Below are positions 41,101-56,100 of a DNA stretch of 64,000 bases, in pieces; position 1 is the stretch's first letter, and each line of letters begins with the position of its first letter. Location: contig OZ024766.1 in the NCBI GenBank assembly GCA_964016885.1, forward strand, positions 13,268,001 to 13,332,000, written 5' to 3'. Below the pieces are notes generated by a model. It was not told the origin of the DNA and did not search any database. It saw only the letters and a list, made by a program, of their open reading frames with translations. The stretch is from Eledone cirrhosa. Its lineage: Eukaryota. Position numbers and translations under genes: made by a program.

Positions 41101-44100
41101 TCTCACCAACAGTGGAGTTACTTCTGACAGCTAGTACCATGACTTAAATGAATTCTCACCAACATTGGAGTGACTTCTGACAGCTAATACCATGAACTTA
41201 AATGAATTCTCACCAACAGTGGAGTTACTTCTGACAGCTAATACCATGAACTTAAATGAATTCTCACCAACATTGGAGTTACTTCTGACAGCTAGTACCA
41301 TGAACTTAAATGAATTCTCACCAACAGTGGAGTTACTTCTGACAGCTAATACCATGAATTTAAATGAATTCTCACCAACACTGGCGTTCCTTCTGACAGC
41401 TAATACCATGAACTTAAATGAATTCTCACCAACAGTGGAGTTACTTCTGACAGCTAGTACCATGACTTAAATGAATTCTCACCAACATTGGAGTTCCTTC
41501 TGACAGCTAATACCATGAACTTAAATGAATTCTCACCAACAGTGGAGTTACTTCTGACAGCTAATACCATGAACTTAAATGAATTCTCACCAACAGTGGA
41601 GTTACTTCTGACAGCTAATACCATGAACTTAAATGAATTCTCACCAACAGTGGAGTTACTTCTGACAGCTAATACCATGAACTTAAATGAATTCTCACCA
41701 ACATTGGAGTGACTTCTGACAGCTAATACCATGAACTTAAATGAATTCTCACCAACATTGGGGTTACTTCTGACAGCTAGTACCATGAACTTAAATGAAT
41801 TCTCACCAACAGTGGAGTGACTTCTGACAGCTAATACCATGAACTTAAATGAATTCTCACCAACATTGGAGTTACTTCTGACAGCTAATACCATGACTTA
41901 AATGAATTCTCACCAACAGTGGAGTTACTTCTGACAGCTAATACCATGAACTTAAATGAATTCTCACCAACAGTGGAGTTACTTCTGACAGCTAATACCA
42001 TGAACTTAAATGAATTCTCACCAACAGTGGAGTTACTTCTGACAGCTAATACCATGAACTTAAATGAATTCTCACCAACATTGGAGTGACTTCTGACAGC
42101 TAATACCATTAACTTAAATGAATTCTCACCAACACTGGGGTTACTTCTGACAGCTAGTACCATGAACTTAAATGAATTCTCACCAACAGTGGAGTGACTT
42201 CTGACAGCTAATACCATGAACTTAAATGAATTCTCACCAACATTGGAGTGACTTCTGACAGCTAATACCATGAACTTAAATGAATTCTCACCAACAGTGG
42301 AGTTACTTCTGACAGCTAGTACCATGAACTTAAATGAATTCTCACCAACAGTGGAGTTACTTCTGACAGCTAATACCATGAACTTAAATGAATTCTTACC
42401 AACAGTGGAGTTACTTCTGACAGCTAATACCATGAACTTAAATGAATTCTCACCAACATTGGAGTGACTTCTGACAGCTAATACCATGAACTTAAATGAA
42501 TTCTCACCAACATTGGGGTTACTTCTGACAGCTAGTACCATGAACTTAAATGTATTCTCACCAACAGTGGAGTGACTTCTGACAGCTAGTACCATGAACT
42601 TAAATGAATTCTCAGCAACAGTGGAGTTCCTTCTGACAGCTAATACCATGAACTTAAATGAATTCTCACCAACATTGGAGTTACTTCTGACAGCTAGTAC
42701 CATGAACTTAAATGAATTCTCACCAACAGTGGAGTTACTTCTGACAGCTAATACCATGAACTTAAATGAATTCTCACCAACATTGGGGTTACTTCTGACA
42801 GCTAGTACCATGAACTTAAATGTATTCTCACCAACAGTGGAGTGACTTCTGACAGCTAGTACCATGAACTTAAATGAATTCTCACCAACAGTGGAGTTAC
42901 TTCTGACAGCTAATACCATGAACTTAAATGAATTCTCAGCAACAGTGGAGTTCCTTCTGACAGCTAATACCATGAACTTAAATGAATTCTCACCAACAGT
43001 GGAGTTACTTCTGACAGCTAATACCATGAACTGAAATGAATTCTCACCAACAGTGGCGTTCCTTCTGACAGCTAATACAATGAACTTAAATGAATTCTCA
43101 CCAACAGTGGAGTTACTTCTGACAGCTAGTACCATGACTTAAATGAATTCTCACCAACATTGGAGTGACTTCTGACAGCTAATACCATGAACTTAAATGA
43201 ATTCTCACCAACAGTGGAGTTACTTCTGACAGCTAATACCATGAACTTAAATGAATTCTCACCAACATTGGAGTTACTTCTGACAGCTAGTACCATGAAC
43301 TTAAATGAATTCTCACCAACAGTGGAGTTACTTCTGACAGCTAATACCATGAATTTAAATGAATTCTCACCAACAGTGGCGTTCCTTCTGACAGCTAATA
43401 CCATGAACTTAAATGAATTCTCACCAACAGTGGAGTTACTTCTGACAGCTAGTACCATGACTTAAATGAATTCTCACCAACATTGGAGTTCCTTCTGACA
43501 GCTAATACCATGAACTTAAATGAATTCTCACCAACAGTGGAGTTACTTCTGACAGCTAATACCATGAACTTAAATGAATTCTCACCAACAGTGGAGTTAC
43601 TTCTGACAGCTAATACCATGAACTTAAATGAATTCTCACCAACAGTGGAGTTACTTCTGACAGCTAATACCATGAACTTAAATGAATTCTCACCAACATT
43701 GGAGTGACTTCTGACAGCTAATACCATGAACTTAAATGAATTCTCACCAACATTGGGGTTACTTCTGACAGCTAATACCATGAACTTAAATGAATTCTCA
43801 CCAACAGTGGAGTTACTTCTGACAGCTAGTACCATGAACTTAAATGAATTCTCACCAACAGTGGAGTTACTTCTGACAGCTAATACCATGAACTTAAATG
43901 AATTCTCACCAACAGTGGCGTTCCTTCTGACAGCTAATACCATGAACTTAAATGAATTCTCACCAACAGTGGAGTTACTTCTGACAGCTAATACCATGAA
44001 CTTAAATGAATTCTTACCAACAGTGGAGTTACTTCTGACAGCTAATACCATGAACTTAAATGAATTCTCACCAACATTGGAGTGACTTCTGACAGCTAAT

Positions 44101-47100
44101 ACCATGAACTTAAATGAATTCTCACCAACATTGGGGTTACTTCTGACAGCTAGTACCATGAACTTAAATGTATTCTCACCAACAGTGGAGTGACTTCTGA
44201 CAGCTAGTACCATGAACTTAAATGAATTCTCACCAACAGTGGAGTTACTTCTGACAGCTAATACCATGAACTTAAATGAATTCTCACCAACAGTGGAGTG
44301 ACTTCTGACAGCTAATACCATGAACTTAAATGAATTCTCACCAACATTGGAGTTACTTCTGACAGCTAATACCATGACTTAAATGAATTCTCACCAACAG
44401 TGGAGTTACTTCTGACAGCTAATACCATGAACTTAAATGAATTCTCACCAACAGTGGAGTTACTTCTGACAGCTAATACCATGAACTTAAATGAATTCTC
44501 ACCAACAGTGGAGTTACTTCTGACAGCTAATACCATGAACTTAAATGAATTCTCACCAACATTGGAGTGACTTCTGACAGCTAATACCATGAACTTAAAT
44601 GAATTCTCACCAACATTGGGGTTACTTCTGACGGCTAGTACCATGAACTTAAATGAATTCTCACCAACAGTGGAGTGACTTCTGACAGCTAATACCATGA
44701 ACTTAAATGAATTCTCACCAACATTGGAGTGACTTCTGACAGCTATATACCATGAACTTAAATGAATTCTCACCAACAGTGGAGTTACTTCTGACAGCTA
44801 GTACCATGAACTTAAATGAATTCTCACCAACAGTGGAGTTACTTCTGACAGCTAATACCATGAACTTAAATGAATTCTCACCAACAGTGGCGTTCCTTCT
44901 GACAGCTAATACCATGAACTTAAATGAATTCTCACCAACAGTGGAGTTACTTCTGACAGCTAATACCATGAACTTAAATGAATTCTTACCAACAGTGGAG
45001 TGACTTCTGACAGCTAATACCATGAACTTAAATGAATTCTCACCAACATTGGAGTGACTTCTGACAGCTAATACCATGAACTTAAATGAATTCTCACCAA
45101 CAGTGGAGTTACTTCTGACAGCTAGTACCATGAACTTAAATGAATTCTCACCAACAGTGGAGTTACTTCTGACAGCTAATACCATGAACTTAAATGAATT
45201 CTCACCAACAGTGGCGTTCCTTCTGACAGCTAATACCATGAACTTAAATGAATTCTCACCAACAGTGGAGTTACTTCTGACAGCAAATACCATGAACTTA
45301 AATGAATTCTTACCAACAGTGGAGTTACTTCTGACAGCTAATACCATGAACTTAAATGAATTCTCACCTACATTGGAGTGTCTTCTGACAGCTAATACCA
45401 TGAACTTAAATGAATTCTCACCAACATTGGGGTTACTTCTGACAGCTAGTACCATGAACTTAAATGTATTCTCACCAACAGTGGAGTGACTTCTGACAGC
45501 TAGTACCATGAACTTAAATGAATTCTCACCAACAGTGGAGTTACTTCTGACAGCTAATACCATGAACTTAAATGAATTCTCAGCAACAGTGGAGTTCCTT
45601 CTGACAGCTAATACCATGAACTTAAATGAATTCTCACCAACATTGGAGTTACTTCTGACAGCTAGTACCATGAACTTAAATGAATTCTCACCAACAGTGG
45701 AGTTACTTCTGACAGCTAATACCATGAACTTAAATGAATTCTCACCTACAGTGGCGTTCCTTCTGACAGCTAATACAATGAACTTAAATGAATTCTCACC
45801 AACAGTGGAGTTACTTCTGACAGCTAGTACCATGACTTAAATGAATTCTCACCAACATTGGAGTGACTTCTGACAGCTAATACCATGAACTTAAATGAAT
45901 TCTCACCAACAGTGGAGTTACTTCTGACAGCTAATACCATGAACTTAAATGAATTCTCACCAACATTGGAGTTACTTCTGACAGCTAGTACCATGAACCT
46001 AAATGAATTCTCACCAACAGTGGAGTTACTTCTGACAGCTAATACCATGAATTTAAATGAATTCTCACCAACAGTGGCGTTCCTTCTGACAGCTAATACC
46101 ATGAACTTAAATGAATTCTCACCAACAGTGGAGTTACTTCTGACAGCTAGTACCATGACTTAAATGAATTCTCACCAACATTGGAGTTCCTTCTGACAGC
46201 TAATACCATGAACTTAAATGAATTCTCACCAACAGTGGAGTTACTTCTGACAGCTAATACCATGAACTTAAATGAATTCTCACCAACAGTGGAGTTACTT
46301 CTGACAGCTAATACCATGAACTTAAATGAATTCTCACCAACAGTGGAGTTACTTCTGACAGCTAATACCATGAACTTAAATGAATTCTCACCAACATTGG
46401 AGTGACTTCTGACAGCTAATACCATGAACTTAAATGAATTCTCACCAACATTGGGGTTACTTCTGACAGCTAGTACCATGAACTTAAATGAATTCTCACC
46501 AACAGTGGAGTGACTTCTGACAGCTAATACCATGAACTTAAATGAATTCTCACCAACATTGGAGTTACTTCTGACAGCTAATACCATGACTTAAATGAAT
46601 TCTCACCAACAGTGGAGTTACTTCTGACAGCTAATACCATGAACTTAAATGAATTCTCACCAACAGTGGAGTTACTTCTGACAGCTAATACCATGAACTT
46701 AAATGAATTCTCACCAACAGTGGAGTTACTTCTGACAGCTAATACCATGAACTTAAATGAATTCTCACCAACAGTGGAGTTACTTCTGACAGCTAATACC
46801 ATGAACTTAAATGAATTCTCACCAACATTGGAGTGACTTCTGACAGCTAATACCATGAACTTAAATGAATTCTCACCAACATTGGGGTTACTTCTGACAG
46901 CTAGTACCATGAACTTAAATGAATTCTCACCAACAGTGGAGTTACTTCTGACAGCTAATACCATGAACTTAAATGAATTCTCACCAACAGTGGCGTTCTT
47001 TCTGACAGCTAATACCATGAACTTAAATGAATTCTCACCAACAGTGGAGTTACTTCTGACAGCTAATACCATGAACTTAAATGAATTCTTACCAACAGTG

Positions 47101-50100
47101 GAGTTACTTCTGACAGCTAATACCATGAACTTAAATGAATTCTCACCAACATTGGAGTGACTTCTGACAGCTAATACCATGAACTTAAATGAATTCTCAC
47201 CAACATTGGGGTTACTTCTGACAGCTAGTACCATGAACTTAAATGTATTCTCACCAACAGTGGAGTGACTTCTGACAGCTAGTACCATGAACTTAAATGA
47301 ATTCTCACCAACAGTGGAGTTACTTCTGACAGCTAATACCATGAACTTAAATGAATTCTCACCAACATTGGAGTTACTTCTGACAGCTAGTACCATGAAC
47401 TTAAATGAATTCTCACCAACAGTGGAGTTACTTCTGACAGCTAATACCATGAACTTAAATGAATTCTCACCAACAGTGGCGTTCCTTCTGACAGCTAATA
47501 CAATGAACTTAAATGAATTCTCACCAACAGTGGAGTTACTTCTGACAGCTAGTACCATGACTTAAATGAATTCTCACCAACATTGGAGTGACTTCTGACA
47601 GCTAATACCATGAACTTAAATGAATTCTCACCAACAGTGGAGTTACTTCTGACAGCTAATACCATGAACTTAAATGAATTCTCACCAACATTGGAGTTAC
47701 TTCTGACAGCTAGTACCATGAACTTAAATGAATTCTCACCAACAGTGGAGTTACTTCTGACAGCTAATACCATGAATTTAAATGAATTCTCACCAACAGT
47801 GGCGTTCCTTCTGACAGCTAATACCATGAACTTAAATGAATTCCCACCAACAGTGGAGTTACTTCTGACAGCTAATACCATGAACTTAAATGAATTCTCA
47901 CCAACAGTGGAGTTACTTCTGACAGCTAATACCATGAACTTAAATGAATTCTCACCAACAGTGGAGTTCCTTCTGACAGCTAGTACCATGACTTAAATGA
48001 ATTCTCACCAACATTGGAGTTCCTTCTGACAGCTAATACCATGAACTTAAATGAATTCTCACCAACAGTGGAGTTACTTCTGACAGCTAATACCATGAAC
48101 TTAAATGAATTCTCACCAACAGTGGAGTTCCTTCTGACAGCTAGTACCATGACTTAAATGAATTCTCACCAACATTGGAGTTCCTTCTGACAGCTAATAC
48201 CATGAACTTAAATGAATTCTCACCAACAGTGGAGTTACTTCTGACAGCTAATACCATGAACTTAAATGAATTCTCACCAACAGTGGAGTTACTTCTGACA
48301 GCTAATACCATGAACTTAAATGAATTCTCACCAACAGTGGAGTTACTTCTGACAGCTAATACCATGAACTTAAATGAATTCTCACCAACATTGGAGTGAC
48401 TTCTGACAGCTAATACCATGAACTTAAATGAATTCTCACCAACATTGGGGTTACTTCTGACAGCTAGTACCATGAACTTAAATGAATTCTCACCAACAGT
48501 GGAGTGACTTCTGACAGCTAATACCATGAACTTAAATGAATTCTCACCAACATTGGAGTTACTTCTGACAGCTAATACCATGACTTAAATGAATTCTCAC
48601 CAACAGTGGAGTTACTTCTGACAGCTAATACCATGAACTTAAATGAATTCTCACCAACAGTGGAGTTACTTCTGACAGCTAATACCATGAACTTAAATGA
48701 ATTCTCACCAACAGTGGAGTTACTTCTGACAGCTAATACCATGAACTTAAATGAATTCTCACCAACATTGGAGTGACTTCTGACAGCTAATACCATGAAC
48801 TTAAATGAATTCTCACCAACATTGGGGTTACTTCTGACAGCTAGTACCATGAACTTAAATGAATTCTCACCAACAGTGGAGTGACTTCTGACAGCTAATA
48901 CCATGAACTTAAATGAATTCTCACCAACATTGGAGTGACTTCTGACAGCTAATACCATGAACTTAAATGAATTCTCACCAACAGTGGAGTTACTTCTGAC
49001 AGCTAGTACCATGAACTTAAATGAATTCTCACCAACAGTGGAGTTACTTCTGACAGCTAATACCATGAACTTAAATGAATTCTCACCAACAGTGGCGTTC
49101 CTTCTGACAGCTAATACCATGAACTTAAATGAATTCTCACCAACAGTGGAGTTACTTCTGACAGCTAATACCATGAACTTAAATGAATTCTTACCAACAG
49201 TGGAGTTACTTCTGACAGCTAATACCATGAACTTAAATGAATTCTCACCAACATTGGAGTGACTTCTGACAGCTAATACCATGAACTTAAATGAATTCTC
49301 ACCAACATTGGGGTTACTTCTGACAGCTAGTACCATGAACTTAAATGTATTCTCACCAACAGTGGAGTGACTTCTGACAGCTAGTACCATGAACTTAAAT
49401 GAATTCTCACCAACAGTGGAGTTACTTCTGACAGCTAATACCATCAACTTAAATGAATTCTCAGCAACAGTGGAGTTCCTTCTGACAGCTAATACCATGA
49501 ACTTAAATGAATTCTCACCAACATTGGAGTTACTTCTGACAGCTAGTACCATGAACTTAAATGAATTCTCACCAACAGTGGAGTTACTTCTGACAGCTAA
49601 TACCATGAACTTAAATGAATTCTCACCAACAGTGGCGTTCCTTCTGACAGCTAATACAATGAACTTAAATGAATTCTCACCAACAGTGGAGTTACTTCTG
49701 ACAGCTAATACCATGAACTTAAATGAATTCTCACCAACAGTGGAGTTACTTCTGACAGCTAATACCATGAACTTAAATGAATTCTCACCAACATTGGAGT
49801 GACTTCTGACAGCTAATACCATGAACTTAAATGAATTCTCACCAACATTGGGGTTACTTCTGACAGCTAGTACCATGAACTTAAATGAATTCTCACCAAC
49901 AGTGGAGTGACTTCTGACAGCTAATACCATGAACTTAAATGAATTCTCACCAACATTGGAGTTACTTCTGACAGCTAATACCATGACTTAAATGAATTCT
50001 CACCAACAGTGGAGTTACTTCTGACAGCTAATACCATGAACTTAAATGAATTCTCACCAACAGTGGAGTTACTTCTGACAGCTAATACCATGAACTTAAA

Positions 50101-53100
50101 TGAATTCTCACCAACAGTGGAGTTACTTCTGACAGCTAATACCATGAACTTAAATGAATTCTCACCAACATTGGAGTGACTTCTGACAGCTAATACCATG
50201 AACTTAAATGAATTCTCACCAACATTGGGGTTACTTCTGACAGCTAGTACCATGAACTTAAATGAATTCTCACCAACAGTGGAGTGACTTCTGACAGCTA
50301 ATACCATGAACTTAAATGAATTCTCACCAACATTGGAGTGACTTCTGACAGCTAATACCATGAACTTAAATGAATTCTCACCAACATTGGGGTTACTTCT
50401 GACAGCTAGTACCATGAACTTAAATGAATTCTCACCAACAGTGGAGTGACTTCTGACAGCTAATACCATGAACTTAAATGAATTCTCACCAACATTGGAG
50501 TTACTTCTGACAGCTAATACCATGACTTAAATGAATTCTCACCAACAGTGGAGTTACTTCTGACAGCTAATACCATGAACTTAAATGAATTCTCACCAAC
50601 AGTGGTGTTACTTCTGACAGCTAATACCATGAACTTAAATGAATTCTCACCAACAGTGGAGTTACTTCAGACAGCTAATACCATGAACTTAAATGAATTC
50701 TCACCAACATTGGAGTGACTTCTGACAGCTAATACCATGAACTTAAATGAATTCTCACCAACATTGGGGTTACTTCTGACAGCTAGTACCATGAACTTAA
50801 ATGAATTCTCACCAACAGTGGAGTGACTTCTGACAGCTAATACCATGAACTTAAATGAATTCTCAGCAACAGTGGAGTTCCTTCTGACAGCTAATACCAT
50901 GAACTTAAATGAATTCTCACCAACATTGGAGTTACTTCTGACAGCTAGTACCATGAACTTAAATGAATTCTCACCAACAGTGGAGTTACTTCTGACAGCT
51001 AATACCATGAACTTAAATGAATTCTCACCAACAGTGGCGTTCCTTCTGACAGCTAATACAATGAACTTAAATGAATTCTCACCAACAGTGGAGTTACTTC
51101 TGACAGCTAATACCATGAACTTAAATGAATTCTCACCAACAGTGGAGTTACTTCTGACAGCTAATACCATGAACTTAAATGAATTCTCACCAACATTGGA
51201 GTGACTTCTGACAGCTAATACCATGAACGTAAATGAATTCTCACCAACATTGGGGTTACTTCTGACAGCTAGTACCATGAACTTAAATGAATTCTCACCA
51301 ACAGTGGAGTGACTTCTGACAGCTAATACCATGAACTTAAATGAATTCTCACCAACATTGGAGTTACTTCTGACAGCTAATACCATGACTTAAATGAATT
51401 CTCACCAACAGTGGAGTTACCTCTGACAGCTAATACCATGAACTTAAATGAATTCTCACCAACAGTGGAGTTACTTCTGACAGCTAATACCATGAACTTA
51501 AATGAATTCTCACCAACATTGGAGTGACTTCTGACAGCTAATACCATGAACTTAAATGAATTCTCACCAACATTGGGGTTACTTCTGACAGCTAGTACCA
51601 TGAACTTAAATGAATTCTCACCAACAGTGGAGTGACTTCTGACAGCTAATACCATGAACTTAAATGAATTCTTACCAACAGTGGAGTTACTTCTGACAGC
51701 TAATACCATGAACTTAAATGAATTCTCACCAACATTGGAGTGACTTCTGACAGCTAATACCATGAACTTAAATGAATTCTCACCAACATTGGGGTTACTT
51801 CTGACAGCTAGTACCATGAACTTAAATGTATTCTCACCAACAGTGGAGTGACTTCTGACAGCTAGTACCATGAACTTAAATGAATTCTCACCAACAGTGG
51901 AGTTACTTCTGACAGCTAATACCATCAACTTAAATGAATTCTCAGCAACAGTGGAGTTCCTTCTGACAGCTAATACCATGAACTTAAATGAATTCTCACC
52001 AACATTGGAGTTACTTCTGACAGCTAGTACCATGAACTTAAATGAATTCTCACCAACAGTGGAGTTACTTCTGACAGCTAATACCATGAACTTAAATGAA
52101 TTCTCACCAACAGTGGCGTTCCTTCTGACAGCTAATACAATGAACTTAAATGAATTCTCACCAACAGTGGAGTTACTTCTGACAGCTAATACCATGAACT
52201 TAAATGAATTCTCACCAACAGTGGAGTTACTTCTGACAGCTAATACCATGAACTTAAATGAATTCTCACCAACATTGGAGTGACTTCTGACAGCTAATAC
52301 CATGAACTTAAATGAATTCTCACCAACATTGGGGTTACTTCTGACAGCTAGTACCATGAACTTAAATGAATTCTCACCAACAGTGGAGTGACTTCTGACA
52401 GCTAATACCATGAACTTAAATGAATTCTCACCAACATTGGAGTTACTTCTGACAGCTAATACCATGACTTAAATGAATTCTCACCAACAGTGGAGTTACT
52501 TCTGACAGCTAATACCATGAACTTAAATGAATTCTCACCAACAGTGGAGTTACTTCTGACAGCTAATACCATGAACTTAAATGAATTCTCACCAACAGTG
52601 GAGTTACTTCTGACAGCTAATACCATGAACTTAAATGAATTCTCACCAACATTGGAGTGACTTCTGACAGCTAATACCATGAACTTAAATGAATTCTCAC
52701 CAACATTGGGGTTACTTCTGACAGCTAGTACCATGAACTTAAATGAATTCTCACCAACAGTGGAGTGACTTCTGACAGCTAATACCATGAACTTAAATGA
52801 ATTCTCACCAACATTGGAGTGACTTCTGACAGCTAATACCATGAACTTAAATGAATTCTCACCAACATTGGGGTTACTTCTGACAGCTAGTACCATGAAC
52901 TTAAATGAATTCTCACCAACAGTGGAGTGACTTCTGACAGCTAATACCATGAACTTAAATGAATTCTCACCAACATTGGAGTTACTTCTGACAGCTAATA
53001 CCATGACTTAAATGAATTCTCACCAACAGTGGAGTTACTTCTGACAGCTAATACCATGAACTTAAATGAATTCTCACCAACAGTGGAGTTACTTCTGACA

Positions 53101-56100
53101 GCTAATACCATGAACTTAAATGAATTCTCACCAACAGTGGAGTTACTTCTGACAGCTAATACCATGAACTTAAATGAATTCTCACCAACATTGGAGTGAC
53201 TTCTGACAGCTAATACCATGAACTTAAATGAATTCTCACCAACATTGGGGTTACTTCTGACAGCTAGTACCATGAACTTAAATGAATTCTCACCAACAGT
53301 GGAGTGACTTCTGACAGCTAATACCATGAACTTAAATGAATTCTCACCAACATTGGAGTGACTTCTGACAGCTAATACCATGAACTTAAATGAATTCTCA
53401 CCAACAGTGGAGTTACTTCTGACAGCTAGTACCATGAACTTAAATGAATTCTCACCAACAGTGGAGTTACTTCTGACAGCTAATACCATGAACTTAAATG
53501 AATTCTCACCAACAGTGGCGTTCCTTCTGACAGCTAATACCATGAACTTAAATGAATTCTCACCAACAGTGGAGTTACTTCTGACAGCTAATACCATGAA
53601 CTTAAATGAATTCTTACCAACAGTGGAGTTACTTCTGACAGCTAATACCATGAACTTAAATGAATTCTCACCAACATTGGAGTGACTTCTGACAGCTAAT
53701 ACCATGAACTTAAATGAATTCTCACCAACATTGGGGTTACTTCTGACAGCTAGTACCATGAACTTAAATGTATTCTCACCAACAGTGGAGTGACTTCTGA
53801 CAGCTAGTACCATGAACTTAAATGAATTCTCACCAACAGTGGAGTTACTTCTGACAGCTAATACCATGAACTTAAATGAATTCTCAGCAACAGTGGAGTT
53901 CCTTCTGACAGCTAATACCATGAACTTAAATGAATTCTCACCAACATTGGAGTTACTTCTGACAGCTAGTACCATGAACTTAAATGAATTCTCACCAACA
54001 GTGGAGTTACTTCTGACAGCTAATACCATGAACTTAAATGAATTCTCACCAACAGTGGCGTTCCTTCTGACAGCTAATACAATGAACTTAAATGAATTCT
54101 CACCAACAGTGGAGTTACTTCTGACAGCTAATACCATGAACTTAAATGAATTCTCACCAACAGTGCAGTTACTTCTGACAGCTAATACCATGAACTTAAA
54201 TGAATTCTCACCAACATTGGAGTGACTTGTGACAGCTAATACCATGAACGTAAATGAATTCTCACCAACATTGGGGTTACTTCTGACAGCTAGTACCATG
54301 AACTTAAATGAATTCTCACCAACAGTGGAGTGACTTCTGACAGCTAATACCATGAACTTAAATGAATTCTCACCAACATTGGAGTTACTTCTGACAGCTA
54401 ATACCATGACTTAAATGAATTCTCACCAACAGTGGAGTTACCTCTGACAGCTAATACCATGAACTTAAATGAATTCTCACCAACAGTGGAGTTACTTCTG
54501 ACAGCTAATACCATGAACTTAAATGAATTCTCACCAACATTGGAGTGACTTCTGACAGCTAATACCATGAACTTAAATGAATTCTCACCAACATTGGGGT
54601 TACTTCTGACAGCTAGTACCATGAACTTAAATGAATTCTCACCAACAGTGGAGTGACTTCTGACAGCTAATACCATGAACTTAAATGAATTCTCACCAAC
54701 ATTGGAGTGACTTCTGACAGCTAATACCATGAACTTAAATGAATTCTCACCAACATTGGGGTTACTTCTGACAGCTAGTACCATGAACTTAAATGAATTC
54801 TCACCAACAGTGGAGTGACTTCTGACAGCTAATACCATGAACTTAAATGAATTCTCACCAACATTGGAGTGACTTCTGACAGCTAATACCATGAACTTAA
54901 ATGAATTCTCACCAACAGTGGAGTTACTTCTGACAGCTAGTACCATGAACTTAAATGAATTCTCACCAACAGTGGAGTTACTTCTGACAGCTAATACCAT
55001 GAACTTAAATGAATTCTCACCAACAGTGGCGTTCCTTCTGACAGCTAATACCATGAACTTAAATGAATTCTCACCAACAGTGGAGTTACTTCTGACAGCT
55101 AATACCATGAACTTAAATGAATTCTTACCAACAGTGGAGTTACTTCTGACAGCTAATACCATGAACTTAAATGAATTCTCACCAACATTGGAGTGACTTC
55201 TGACAGCTAATACCATGAACTTAAATGAATTCTCACCAACATTGGGGTTACTTCTGACAGCTAGTACCATGAACTTAAATGTATTCTCACCAACAGTGGA
55301 GTGACTTCTGACAGCTAGTACCATGAACTTAAATGAATTCTCACCAACAGTGGAGTTACTTCTGACAGCTAATACCATGAACTTAAATGAATTCTCAGCA
55401 ACAGTGGAGTTCCTTCTGACAGCTAATACCATGAACTTAAATGAATTCTCACCAACATTGGAGTTACTTCTGACAGCTAGTACCATGAACTTAAATGAAT
55501 TCTCACCAACAGTGGAGTTACTTCTGACAGCTAATACCATGAACTTAAATGAATTCTCACCAACAGTGGCGTTCCTTCTGACAGCTAATACAATGAACTT
55601 AAATGAATTCTCACCAACAGTGGAGTTACTTCTGACAGCTAATACCATGAACTTAAATGAATTCTCACCAACAGTGGAGTTACTTCTGACAGCTAATACC
55701 ATGAACTTAAATGAATTCTCACCAACATTGGAGTGACTTCTGACAGCTAATACCATGCACTTAAATGAATTCTCACCAACATTGGGGTTACTTCTGACAG
55801 CTAGTACCATGAACTTAAATGAATTCTCACCAACAGTGGAGTGACTTCTGACAGCTAATACCATGAACTTAAATGAATTCTCACCAACATTGGAGTTACT
55901 TCTGACAGCTAATACCATGACTTAAATGAATTCTCACCAACAGTGGAGTTACTTCTGACAGCTAATACCATGAACTTAAATGAATTCTCACCAACAGTGG
56001 AGTTACTTCTGACAGCTAATACCATGAACTTAAATCAATTCTCACCAACAGTGGAGTTACTTCTGACAGCTAATACCATGAACTTAAATGAATTCTCACC

